Below, one piece after another: positions 40,801 to 54,589 of a DNA stretch of 64,000 bases. Origin of the DNA: Eledone cirrhosa. Lineage: Eukaryota. Each line of letters begins with the position of its first letter. Position 1 is the first letter of the stretch. Made by a program: the position numbers and the translations under genes. Location of the stretch: positions 4,030,001 through 4,094,000 of the forward strand of contig OZ024765.1 of assembly GCA_964016885.1 (NCBI GenBank), read 5' to 3'. The notes beneath the pieces were generated by a model. That model was given only the letters and a program-made list of their open reading frames with translations. It did not search any database and was not told where the DNA came from.

Positions 40801-43800
40801 TAAAGGACTAATATTTAAATAGTAGTACACTATTCCAATGTAAAGCTCTGAATAACTATATCTTTCGGGGAGATATATCAAACGAGTGACATGATATAAA
40901 TATTTAAAATAATGAAAAGACTACAATATACAGTATTGCAGAAGTAAATGAAAATATAAGAAGACATCACCATTGAACTGCAGATGAAAGTCAGTACTCT
41001 TTACATTTATCCCAGGTATATAGAAAGCTATCCTGATGTCCACTGATTGAAATATAAAACAATAAAGAAACACCACAATCCAGTAAACCTTAGTAATAAT
41101 CCAATTAAGCCGCCATTTACAGTAGAAAATAGTAAGAAAAACAAAGTCACACTCAGAAGTTAATGCAGTGAAAACAATAAAAATATTATTAATAAATAAT
41201 AATAATTTCATTTCATATTATCATTAAATTGTTTGTCTATTTTTATTGTAAACATAAAATATACTAATATATATATATATACATTCATACATATACATCG
41301 ATACATTCTGTGAGTATGTCTTACTTAGGCAAAAGTCAAGTAATTTGCGGGGAGGAACCAATCCGTTAAATTGATCCCAGTACATGACTGGTACTATAAG
41401 TTATATGCTCCCAAATCATAAAATTATGGGTTAATCTAAACACTGAGAACACAAAGGTGGGGTAAAATTATTTAAAAATTGAGGTTTTAATATTTTATAA
41501 TATGTGATGAAGAGGTGTATATAACTGTGGATATAGAATTGTTTTAATCATTATTTTTAACGGACGAAAAAACTACATAATGACTTCTAGTCGGAGTTAC
41601 GGGAAATTACGGCAAAGACCCTCCATGAAGGTTCAAATATTACACATTATCTATATATAGGAATCGGGCTAAACAATTTACGGGCACGTCGCTCTAAGTT
41701 GGAATATTTTTCACACACACAGACACGGGAGTTAGGTATGGCATATTTCAAATAAGAGAACATTATTACAGACGGAGTTATTGTAGGTTGAAATCATTGT
41801 TAGACCGATCAGAAAGAAAATGGATATTTAATTCATGAATAAACCTGAAGTGTGAAAGACAGAGTCGACCCTTTCTAGTAACAACACTAAGAAACCCATG
41901 AACGCCACCACGTCCTAAATCTAACTCTGCGATCGTCATATCAAATCGAAATACTTCACCAACTGTGGAAGATGAAGGATTGAAGAACTATGATATATAG
42001 CTAAGAGGCTTGTCTCCAGAACATTTAGTAAGGTGTAAGCCAAGGGTTGCCAAATATTTTGGCGTCATGATGGTTCACATGAAAAAATGTTCCACCAGCC
42101 ACCTGTATAGTAAATATTCCAAAGTATACCAAATATGTTTCGTAAATGTTTGTTCCTGGTTTAATTTTCCCAATTAGCTTCCTGATTTTTATTCAGGTTC
42201 TTTGCATATATTCCTTGAATAGGTTTTCGGGTAGCATACCTTCTTAAATCTCAAAATTCTATATCGGCCACCAAAGTTTCCAATGGCCCTCAATTTTCTG
42301 TTCAGCTGCTCATCGCCCACCCAACAGTTGAAACCGCCCAGTTGAGGAACCCCTGTGGGTAAGCTACATATTAATCGAGAGGAGGAGGTGACTATTATAA
42401 TTTTTATAAGTAATAATCTTTTAAAGACAAGAGGAAATTTCATCATTAAAATCATAAATATATGTCTACAGAATACAATACAGATTATCAAAATGAAATT
42501 AAAAGCAAGTAAATCAGGGGCCACTAAACTTTACATATTTAGTTGTATTTCTATCGTGAAAAATGTTGATCTTCAGATATTAGATTATGGCGGCTGTAAT
42601 TGTCTTTGTGTTTACGTGTTTGTTTGAAATCCTATTTTAATGTTCGTCTCTCTTTAAACATCGTTTATAGTTTGTTAAAATTAATTTTAGATTATTCGTA
42701 CCTCGTCTGTGTGGTTTATTTTGATGTAGCGTCCCTGTCTTGTTTATTTTTGGTTACATTTTAAATGTGAAATACAGGAACATCAGACATTAAAATGAAA
42801 TGTTACGTAAAACACACACCTTGTGTTTATTCCAGGTATTTAGATAGATGTCCAGATGTCCACTGACAACAAAATAATACAATCATCCAGTGAAACTTGG
42901 TAATAATCCAGGTTCGTTGCAGTCACCATTCACAGTAAACAATGGTTAGAAAGAAACAAAAACAAAAGACGTATTCAGCAGTTAATGAAGTGAAAACAAA
43001 ATAAAAACAACTTTACTGAATAAAATTCATTTCTTAATTTCAATAAGGTTTTTTGTTCTTTCTTTTATATAAAAAAAAAAAATTTAATTAAATTATGTTG
43101 AATATAATATGGGACATTACTACAAAGTACAGCATTATTAGTTCAAATCTTACTTAATAAAAGCAACAAATACGCAGTTATTAGTATAAAAGCTAACGGA
43201 AATCGAACCCTAAATCAGGATCTCCACCGTCTCTAGTACTTACCATTAGGCCACAGGGACGGTTACAAAAATTTTTTGAAAATTAATATTTACTTACCTA
43301 TACTAGAAAAAACCGGAAGTGGAGAAAATTGAAAAACTTGTTCTTTTTCTTCCTCTGATTTTTGCCACGAACGATAACTCGTCTCTGACTTAAATCCAAA
43401 TTTTGGATAAAAAAAAATCAGAGGAAGAAAAAGAAGATGTTTTTCAATTTTCTCCACTTCCGGTTTTTTCTAGTAATGAAAAAGTAGGTTTATAAATATT
43501 AATTTTTAGTAAGTTTCTATAACCGTCCCTTTAGCTTAGTGGTAAGTATAAGAGCCGGTGGAGGTCCGGGGTTCAATCACTGGCAGTGTGTCGTATTATA
43601 TTTTTTATAGTATAAAACAAAAATAAAAAAGTAACTTTATAAATATTAATTTTCACACTGTTTTTATATCTGTCTCCGTGGCCTAATGGTAGGTATTAGA
43701 GACGGTGGAGAACCTGCTCTGGGTTTCGATTTAAGTCAAGGTCTATAGATAATAATTTCATTTTTTACTTTACTAGAGAAAAATTTAAATTTTAAAATAT

Positions 43801-46800
43801 ATAGTACAGATTCGGACTGAGATTGAACACCACATCAGTGTCTACATAATCTCTAACACCTACCATTAGCCCAACGAAACAGATACAAGAACATAAGAAA
43901 AAAATTATATTTATAAACCTACTTTCAATTTCCAAGCAAAATAGATGTGCTGGCGTTCATGGCTTTCTCATTGTTATTTCTACTATAATCGAGTCAATGT
44001 TTACATTTATTCTTCTGGGGCTTTCATAAAATATATTTTCACTTTCATTCGGGTTCATTAGATCCTACAACCAGATGATCTACAGGGACCTTCTTCATGG
44101 TCATAGCTGATTATTAAATATATACGGGAGAGTGTGTGTGTGTATTAGATTAGATCTTGCCGTGATGTACTCAGCAATAATCGTTTTCAATTCCGTCGTC
44201 CCTCCATCCTTGGTGTGTATATAAATATATATGCGATTTTAACGTACAACGGCGACAATATATAAATCTGTTTTGTTTGATAATAATTAGATAAAAATTA
44301 TTGCTAGAGATTGATCCCTAATATTTTATCTCACTCCTTAACCAGGGAGGAAAGGTCCTCAGACTCGGACAATGTTGATAAGGAGAGCAGAGTGTATCCT
44401 TATTTGTCACGTCTTTCCAGTTGTCACGGTATATAAAAGGCAGTAGGACTAGTCACTCCTGCGAAAGACGTTGTCAGTTAGCCTTCTGTAAAGAGAGAAG
44501 AAGGTCGTGGCTTTTTTTTTCCTCCCTATCACATAATTTATACATTTGTCATCCTTTAGATATCAATATACAAGAGAAAGAAGAAAATTGAGAACTTCGG
44601 TCTTTTAAAAGTAACATTTATTACATTAGAGTAAAATCTTGCATTAACAATATTTTGTGAGACTAAACATGGAATGGACAAAGAGATTATTAGAAGAAGG
44701 GCAATTGTCTCTATCTTAAACGTCAATACATTCTCCAGAAAATCGAAATGAGAATAATTACAGAGATACTTTACAAAATGTTTCGCGATATGGTTCAAGT
44801 TATTTTGTAGTAATATGCAGCTATATTTATACATGTCTCTTATACCCCTCCACGAGGAATTGTGAATATGTATGAATATGATTTTAAAGATGGCTAAACA
44901 TGTTGAAGAAAAAAAAAGGAATTCAGATGATAGGAATAATAAAACATTCCTTTGCCAATAATAAATGTCGAGAAGTCTAAAACACTAGTTGAATGAATGA
45001 TATGTGTGATACGACCTAGAATATTGTTTTGGGGCATGGTCAGACGACTTCAGAAAATACGGAGAAGCTATTGAAGGAATCCAGAAAAGAACAAAACAGA
45101 AAACACCAGAATTATTAAGAAATCTGTCTTCTGAAGAAAGATGTTAAACTTTAGGGATTGCAAATTTAGAGGAGATAAATCTAAGAAGGTGGGGGGGGGG
45201 GGGGCATGATAGAAATATATATTTAAAGGACTAATATTTAAATAGTAGTACACTATTCCAATGTAAAGCTCTGAATAACTATATCTTTCGGGGAGATATA
45301 TCAAACGAGTGACATGATATAAATATTTAAAATAATGAAAAGACTACAATATACAGTATTGCAGAAGTAAATGAAAATATAAGAAGACATCACCATTGAA
45401 CTGCAGATGAAAGTCAGTACTCTTTACATTTATCCCAGGTATATAGAAAGCTATCCTGATGTCCACTGATTGAAATATAAAACAATAAAGAAACACCACA
45501 ATCCAGTAAACCTTAGTAATAATCCAATTAAGCCGCCATTTACAGTAGAAAATAGTAAGAAAAACAAAGTCACACTCAGAAGTTAATGCAGTGAAAACAA
45601 TAAAAATATTATTAATAAATAATAATAATTTCATTTCATATTATCATTAAATTGTTTGTCTATTTTTATTGTAAACATAAAATATACTAATATATATATA
45701 TACATTCATACATATACATCGATACATTCTGTGAGTATGTCTTACTTAGGCAAAAGTCAAGTAATTTGCGGGGAGGAACCAATCCGTTAAATTGATCCCA
45801 GTACATGACTGGTACTATAAGTTATATGCTCCCAAATCATAAAATTATGGGTTAATCTAAACACTGAGAACACAAAGGTGGGGTAAAATTATTTAAAAAT
45901 TGAGGTTTTAATATTTTATCTTTTATTTACAAATTATATGTCTTGGTGTCATATTTAAAGATATAATGTAGTTATTGGTGGAAATAATATAATATGTGAT
46001 GAAGAGGTGTATATAACTGTGGATATAGAATTGTTTTAATCATTATTTTTAACGGACGAAAACACTACATAATGACTTCTAGTCGGAGTTACGGGAAATT
46101 ACGGCAAAGACCCTCCATGAAGGTTCAAATATTACACATTATCTATATATAGGAATCGGGCTAAACAATTTACGGGCACGTCGCTCTAAGTTGGAATATT
46201 TTTCACACACACAGACACGGGAGTTAGGTATGACATATTTCAAATAAGAGAACATTATTACAGACGGAGTCATTGTAGGTTGAAATCATTGTTAGACCGA
46301 TCAGAAAGAAAATGGATATTTAATTCATGAATAAACCTGAAGTGTGAAAGACAGAGTCGACCCTTTCTAGTAACAACACTAAGAAACCCATGAACGCCAC
46401 CACGTCCTAAATCTAACTCTGCGATCGTCATATCAAATCGAAATACTTCACCAACTGTGGAAGATGAAGGATTGAAGAACTATGATATATAGCTAAGAGG
46501 CTTGTCTCCAGAACATTTAGTAAGGTGTAAGCCAAGGGTTGCCAAATATTTTGGCGTCATTTCCCACATTCACATGAAAAAATGTTCCACCAGCCACCTG
46601 TATAGTAAATATTCCAAAGTATACCAAATATGTTTCGTAAATGTTTGTTCCTGGTTTAATTTTCCCAATTAGCTTCCTGATTTTTATTCAGGTTCTTTGC
46701 ATATATTCCTTGAATAGGTTTTCGGGTAGCATACCTTCTTAAATCTCAAAATTCTATATCGGCCACCAAAGTTTCCAATGGCCCTCAATTTTCTGTTCAG

Positions 46801-49800
46801 CTGCTCATCGCCCACCCAACAGTTGAAACCGCCCAGTTGAGGAACCCCTGTGGGTAAGCTACATATTAATCGAGAGGAGGAGGTGACTATTATAATTTTT
46901 ATAAGTAATAATCTTTTAAAGACAAGAGGAAATTTCATCATTAAAATCATAAATATATGTCTACAGAATACAATACAGATTATCAAAATGAAATTAAAAG
47001 CAAGTAAATCAGGGGCCACTAAACTTTACATATTTAGTTGTATTTCTATCGTGAAAAATGTTGATCTTCAGATATTAGATTATGGCGGCTGTAATTGTCT
47101 TTGTGTTTACGTGTTTGTTTGAAATCCTATTTTAATGTTCGTCTCTCTTTAAACATCGTTTATAGTTTGTTAAAATTAATTTTAGATTATTCGTACCTCG
47201 TCTGTGTGGTTTATTTTGATGTAGCGTCCCTGTCTTGTTTATTTTTGGTTACATTTTAAATGTGAAATACAGGAACATCAGACATTAAAATGAAATGTTA
47301 CGTAAAACACACACCTTGTGTTTATTCCAGGTATTTAGATAGATGTCCAGATGTCCACTGACAACAAAATAATACAATCATCCAGTGAAACTTGGTAATA
47401 ATCCAGGTTCGTTGCAGTCACCATTCACAGTAAACAATGGTTAGAAAGAATCAAAAACAAAAACAAAAGACGTATTCAGCAGTTAATGAAGTGAAAACAA
47501 AATAAAAACAACTTTACTGAATAAAATTCATTTCTTAATTTCAATAAGGTTTTTTGTTCTTTCTTTTATAAAAAAAAAAAAAAATTTAATTAAAATATGT
47601 TGAATATAATATGGGACATTACTACAAAGTACAGCATTATTAGTTCAAATCTTACTTAATAAAAGCAACAAATACGCAGTTATTAGTATAAAAGCTAACG
47701 GAAATCGAACCCTAAATCACGATCTCCACCGTCTCTAGTACTTACCATTAGGCCACAGGGACGGTTACAAAAATTTTTTGAAAATTAATATTTACTTACC
47801 TATACTAGAAAAAACCGGAAGTGGAGAAAATTGAAAAACTTCTTCTTTTTCTTCCTCTGATTTTTGCCACGAACGATAACTCGTCTCTGACTTAAATCCA
47901 AATTTTGGATAAAAAAAAATCAGAGGAAGAAAAAGAAGATGTTTTTCAATTTTCTCCACTTCCGGTTTTTTCTAGTAATGAAAAAGTAGGTTTATAAATA
48001 TTAATTTTTAGTAAGTTTTTGTAACCGTCCCTTTAGCTTAGTGGTAAGTATAAGATCCGGTGGAGGTCCAGGTCCGGGGTTCAATCACTGGCAGTGTGTC
48101 GTATTATACTTTTTATAGTATAAAACAAAAATAAAAAAGTAACTTTATAAATATTAATTTTCACACTGTTTTTATATCTGTCTCCGTGGCCTAATGGTAG
48201 GTATTAGAGACGGTGGAGAACCTGCTCTGGGTTTCGATTTAAGTCAAGGTCTATAGATAATAATTTCATTTTTTACTTTACTAGAGAAAAATTTAAATTT
48301 TAAAATATATAGTACAGATTCGGACTGAGATTGAACACCACATCAGTGTCTACATAATCTCTAACACCTACCATTAGCCCAACGAAACAGATACAAGAAC
48401 ATAAGAAAAAAATTATATTTATAAACCTACTTTCAATTTCCAAGCAAAATAGATGTGCTGGCGTTCATGGCTTTCTCATTGTTATTTCTACTATAATCGA
48501 GTCAATGTTTACATTTATTCTTCTGGGGCTTTCATAAAATATATTTTCACTTTCATTCGGGTTCATTAGATCCTACAACCAGATGATCTACAGGGACCTT
48601 CTTCATGGTCATAGCTGATTATTAAATATATACGGGAGAGTGTGTGTGTGTATTAGATTAGATCTTGCCGTGATGTACTCAGCAATAATCGTTTTCAATT
48701 CCGTCGTCCCTCCATCCTTGGTGTGTATATAAATATATATGCGATTTTAACGTACAACGGCGACAATATATAAATCTGTTTTGTTTGATAATAATTATTG
48801 CTAGAGATTGATCCCTAATATTTTATCTCACTCCTTAACCAGGGAGGAAAGGTCCTCAGACTCGGACAATGTTGATAAGGAGAGCAGAGTGTATCCTTAT
48901 TTGTCACGTCTTTCCAGTTGTCACGGTATATAAAAGGCAGTAGGACTAGTCACTCCTGCGAAAGACGTTATCAGTTAGCCTTCTGTAACGAGAGAAGAAG
49001 GTCGTGGCTTTTTTTTTCCTCCCTATCACATAATTTATACATTTGTCATCCTTTAGATATCAATATACAAGAGAAAGAAGAAAATTGAGAACTTCGGTCT
49101 TTTAAAAGTAACATTTATTACATTAGAGTAAAATCTTGCATTAACAATATTTTGTGAGACTAAACATGGAATGGACAAAGAGATTATTAGAAGAAGGGCA
49201 ATTGTCTCTATCTTAAACGTCAATACATTCTCCAGAAAATCGAAATGAGAATAATTACAGAGATACTTTACAAAATGTTTCGCGATATGGTTCAAGTTAT
49301 TTTGTAGTAATATGCAGCTATATTTATACATGTCTCTTATACCCCTCCACGAGGAATTGTGAATATGTATGAATATGATTTTAAAGATGGCTAAACATGT
49401 TGAAGAAAAAAAAAGGAATTCAGATGATAGGAATAATAAAACATTCCTTTGCCAAGCTAAATGTCGAGAAGTCTAAAACACTAGTTGAATGATATGTGTG
49501 ATACGACCTAGAATATTGTTTTGGGGCATGGTCAGACGACTTCAGAAAATACGGAGAAGCTATTGAAGGAATCCAGAAAAGAACAAAACAGAAAACACCA
49601 GAATTATTAAGAAATCTGTCTTCTGAAGAAAGATGTTAAACTTTAGGGATTGCAAATTTAGAGGAGATAAATCTAAGAAGGTGGGGGGGGGGGGGGGGGG
49701 GGACATGATAGAAATATATATTTAAAGGACTAATATTTAAATAGTAGTACACTATTCCAATGTAAAGCTCTGAATAACTATATCTTTCGGGGAGATATAT

Positions 49801-52367
49801 CAAACGAGTGACATGATATAAATATTTAAAATAATGAAAAGACTACAATATACAGTATTGCAGAAGTAAATGAAAATATAAGAAGACATCACCATTGAAC
49901 TGCAGATGAAAGTCAGTACTCTTTACATTTATCCCAGGTATATAGAAAGCTATCCTGATGTCCACTGATTGAAATATAAAACAATAAAGAAACACCACAA
50001 TCCAGTAAACCTTAGTAATAATCCAATTAAGCCGCCATTTACAGTAGAAAATAGTAAGAAAAACAAAGTCACACTCAGAAGTTAATGCAGTGAAAACAAT
50101 AAAAATATTATTAATAAATAATAATTTCATTTCATATTATCATTAAATTGTTTGTCTATTTTTATTGTAAACATAAAATATACTAATATATATATATATA
50201 TACGTTCATACATATACATCGATACATTCTGTGAGTATGTCTTACTTAGGCAAAAGTCAAGTAATTTGCGGGGAGGAACCAATCCGTTAAATTGATCCCA
50301 GTACATGACTGGTACTATAAGTTATATGCTCCAAAATCATAAAATTATGGGTTAATCTAAACACTGAGAACACAAAGGTGGGGTAAAATTATTTAAAAAT
50401 TGAGGTTTTAATATTTTATAATATGTGATGAAGAGGTGTATATAACTGTGGATATAGAATTGTTTTAATCATTATTTTTAACGGACGAAAAAACTACATA
50501 ATGACTTCTAGTCGGAGTTACGGAAAATTACGGCAAAGACCCTCCATGAAGGTTCAAATATTACACATTATCTATATATAGGAATCAGGCTAAACAATTT
50601 ACGGGCACGTCGCTCTAAGTTGGAATATTTTTCACACACACAGACACGGGAGTTAGGTATGACATATTTCAAATAAGAGAACATTATTACAGACGGAGTT
50701 ATTGTAGGTTGAAATCATTGTTAGACCGATCAGAAAGAAAATGGATATTTAATTCATGAATAAACCTGAAGTGTGAAAGACAGAGTCGACCCTTTCTAGT
50801 AACAACACTAAGAAACCCATGAACGCCACCACGTCCTAAATCTAACTCTGCGATCGTCATATCAAATCGAAATACTTCACCAACTGTGGAAGATGAAGGA
50901 TTGAAGAACTATGATATATAGCTAAGAGGCTTGTCTCCAGAACATTTAGTAAGGTGTGAGCCAAGGGTTGCCAAATAATTTGGCGTCATTTCCCACATTC
51001 ACATGAAAAAATGTTCCACCAGCCACCTGTATAGTAAATATTCCAAAGTATACCAAATATGTTTCGTAAATGTTTGTTCCTGGTTTAATTTTCCCAATTA
51101 GCTTCCTGATTTTTATTCAGGTTCTTTGCATATATTCCTTGAATAGGTTTTCGGGTAGCATACCTTCTTAAATCTCAAAATTCTATATCGGCCACCAAAG
51201 TTTCCAATGGCCCTCAATTTTCTGTTCAGCTGCTCATCGCCCACCCAGCAGTTGAAACCGCCCAGTTGAGGAACCCCTGTGGGTAAGCTACATATTAATC
51301 GAGAGGAGGAGGTGACTATTATAATTTTTATAAGTAATAATCTTTTAAAGACAAGAGGAAATTTCATCATTAAAATCATAAATATATGTCTACAGAATAC
51401 AATACAGATTATCAAAATGAAATTAAAAGCAAGTAAATCAGGGGCCACTAAACTTTACATATTTAGTTGTATTTCTATCGTGAAAAATGTTGATCTTCAG
51501 ATATTAGATTATGGCGGCTGTAATTGTCTTTGTGTTTACGTGTTTGTTTGAAATCCTATTTTAATGTTCGTCTCTCTTTAAACATCGTTTATAGTTTGTT
51601 AAAATTAATTTTAGATTATTCGTACCTCGTCTGTGTGGTTTATTTTGATGTAGCGTCCCTGTCTTGTTTATTTTTGGTTACATTTTAAATGTGAAATACA
51701 GGAACATCAGACATTAAAATGAAATGTTACGTAAAACACACACCTTGTGTTTATTCCAGGTATTTAGATAGATGTCCAGATGTCCACTGACAACAAAATA
51801 ATACAATCATCCAGTGAAACTTGGTAATAATCCAGGCACGTTGCAGTCACCATTCACAGTAAACAATGGTTAGAAAGAATCAAAAACAAAAACAAAAGAC
51901 GTATTCAGCAGTTAATGAAGTGAAAACAAAATAAAAACAACTTTACTGAATAAAATTCATTTCTTAATTTCAATAAGGTTTTTTGTTCTTTCTTTTATAA
52001 AAAAAAAAATTTTAATTAAAATATGTTGAATATAATATGGGACATTACTACAAAGTACAGCATTATTAGTTCAAATCTTACTTAATAAAAGCAACAAATA
52101 CGCAGTTATTAGTATAAAAGCTAACGGAAATCGAACCCTAAATCACGATCTCCACCGTCTCTAGTACTTACCATTAGGCCACAGGGACGGTTACAAAAAT
52201 TTTTTGAAAATTAATATTTACTTACCTATACTAGAAAAAACCGGAAGTGGAGAAAATTGAAAAACTTTTTCTTTTTCTTCCTCTGATTTTTGCCACGAAC
52301 GATAACTCGTCTCTGACTTAAATCCAAATTTTGGATTAAAAAAAATCAGAAGAAGAAAAAGAAGATG

Positions 52368-52589
52368 TTTTTCAACATGCAAGATTTCACAGCTCTAGCA
52401 TCATTCCTTCATAGGCTGACCAAGATACTCTCATTGAATGAGCAAATGAGGTTAATTTTTCAACATGCAAGATTGCACAGCCCTAGCATCACTCCTTCAT
52501 AGGCTGACCAAGATACTCTCATGGAATGATCAAATGAGGTTTATTTTTCAACATGCAAGATTTCACAGCCCTAGCATCACTCCTTCATA
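52368..52589 (-). repeat. 88-bp satellite, ~2.5 copies, inverted orientation
   Basis: TTTTTCAACATGC at 52368, 52456 and 52544; reverse complement of the 53139-53842 unit. Confidence 0.95.
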
Positions 52590-53105
52590 GTGAGCCTATG
52601 AACTTTTAAGCCTACCTTCGTATATGTAAACAATGTATTTATTTAATATACAAATAATTACTAAGAAATTCTTGCACCCATTTTTGCGATTAAGTAAAGA
52701 AGGAGTTATCGTTCTTGAGATTTCGGCTTGGAGAAATTTTAGGAACTGATGTCGCTAAATCGCCAAATCATTTATCTGCCCCGTTGCACCATGGGAGGGT
52801 AATGGCTGCCTTTTATTTTTTTTAAACCACAGAAGACCTTTTAATATCTTTCTTGCCAAAATGTTTTACTTATTCACTTATATGAAACAAGGAAGAAGGT
52901 GCTGCGATAGAAACTAAAGAATCTGCCATCGTTTAAAAAATAAAGGGCAGCCATTACCCTCCCATGGTGCAACGGGGCAGGTAAATGATTTGGCGATTTA
53001 GCGACATCAGTTCCTCATAACTCCGTCTTTACTTAATCGCAAAAATTATTTCGAATTTCTTAGTAATTAATTGTTTGTATATTAAATAAATACATTGTTT
53101 ACATG

Positions 53106-53134
53106 TACGAAGGTAGGCTTAAATGTTCATAGGC
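53106..53134 (+). mobile_element. Tc1/mariner-type terminal inverted repeat (also 52593-52622 inverted, 59201-59230, fragment at ~59064)
   Basis: TA|CGAAGGTAGGCTTAAATGTTCATAGGC resembles mariner TIRs that begin TA-CGAGG...AAAAGTTC. The adjacent 88-mer contains GTTGAAAAATAA (VEK*), a typical mariner transposase C-terminus. Confidence 0.65.
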
Positions 53135-53138
53135 ACAC

Positions 53139-53842
53139 TATGAAGGAGTGATGCTAGGGCTGTGAAATCTTGCATGTTGAAAAATAAACCTCATTTGGTC
53201 ATTCCATGAGAGTATCTTGGTCAGCCTATGAAGGAGTGATGCTAGAGCTGTGAAATCTTGCATGTTGAGAAATAAACGTCATTTGGTCATTCCATGAGAG
53301 TATCTTGGTCAGCCTATGAAGGAGTGATGCTAGGGCTGTGAAATCTTGCATGTTGAAAAATAAACCTCATTTGGTCATTCCATGAGAGTATCTTGGACAG
53401 CCTACGAAGGAGTGATGCTAGAGCTGTGAAATCTTTCATGTTGAAAAATAAACCTCATTTGGTCATTCCATGAGGGTATCTTGGTCAGCCTATGAAGGAG
53501 TGATGCTAGAGCTGTGAAATCTTGCATGTTGAAAAATAAACCTCATTTGGTCATTCCATGAGGGAATCTTGGTCAGCCTATGAAGGAGTGATGCTAGAGC
53601 TGTGAAATCTTGCATGTTGAAAAATAAACCTCATTTGGTCATTCCATGAGAGTATCTTGGTCAGCCTATGAAGGAGAGATGCTAGCGCTGTGAAATCTTG
53701 CATGTTGAAAAATAAACCTCATTTGGTCATTCCATTAGAATATCTTGGTCTGCCTATGAAGGAATGATGCTAGAGCTGTGCAATCTTGCATGTTGAAAAA
53801 TAAACCTCATTTGGTCATTCCATGAGAATATCTTGGTCAGCC
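53139..53842 (+). repeat. 88-bp satellite, 8 copies
   Basis: Unit TATGAAGGAGTGATGCTAGRGCTGTGAAATCTTGCATGTTGAAAAATAAACCTCATTTGGTCATTCCATGAGAGTATCTTGGTCAGCC at 53139+88n. Confidence 0.98.
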
Positions 53843-53845
53843 TAT

Positions 53846-53939
53846 TCACACACACATATATATATATATATATGTATGTATATATATATGTATATATAGA
53901 TATATATGAATGTATGTATATATATATGTATGTATATAC

Positions 53940-53974
<35 letters not shown>

Positions 53975-54130
53975 TGCATATATATATATACATGTATATA
54001 TATATATGTATGTATATATATCTCTCTATATATATGTATCTATATATATATATATATGTATATATATATGTATATATATATGTTTATATATATGTATGTC
54101 TGCTTATATATATGTATATTTATATATATA
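53846..54130. repeat. (CA)n/(TA)n/(TATG)n microsatellite
   Basis: Direct inspection. Confidence 0.97.
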
Positions 54131-54248
54131 CTCTTCTCACTCACACACAAGAAAAACAAAAAAACAAAAATAAATCAAAAATAAATTTAAAAAAAAATAT
54201 ATATATATTGAAATACTTAACTAAAACACACACACACTCAAAACTAGA

Positions 54249-54537
54249 ATGGCTAACCAGCAAAAATCCAAACAGAACTGGTCTGATAATGAAATCGACA
54301 TTCTAATAAACACATGGCATTGCCTTACCCAAACAGAAGACATACATGCTTCATCTCTGAACGACATTGCTAAACGTACAGTTCAATTTTTGAAAACTCG
54401 ATCTGAACAACAGATTCAAAATAAATTAAAGCAAATCGAAATTGCTTTTAAATTAATCAATAAACATTTGGATAAACTACGGTGTGTTTTTTCTTCGAAT
54501 GCTGTCCAGCAACAACAACAACAGCAGCTGCAACGGC

Positions 54538-54589
<52 letters not shown>

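Larger units (their letters stand above)
1..52375. repeat. Tandem macrosatellite array, ~4.5-kb unit, 11 full copies plus a truncated 12th
   Basis: Anchor GAATCCAGA(G/A)AAGAAC recurs at 1, 4598, 9104, 13610, 18104, 22600, 27109, 31629, 36146, 40647, 45077 and 49569. The same ORF set recurs every 4429-4535 bp. Copies differ only by scattered SNPs and small indels. Confidence 0.99.
52368..53360. repeat. ~1-kb foldback (inverted duplication) with 103-bp spacer at 52828-52930
   Basis: 52741-52827 pairs with 52931-53015, 52590-52720 pairs with ~53017-53138, and the 88-mers on either side pair with each other. Confidence 0.93.

Noticed and set aside
369-51551. Recurrent 90-116-aa ORFs in each unit (MKLLLFINN..., MAPDLLAF..., MGKLHINR..., MYKYSCIL...)
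   Set aside because: No recognisable domains, AT-driven composition, several non-ATG starts, and some overlap on opposite strands. Identity between copies reflects DNA homogenisation, not coding constraint.
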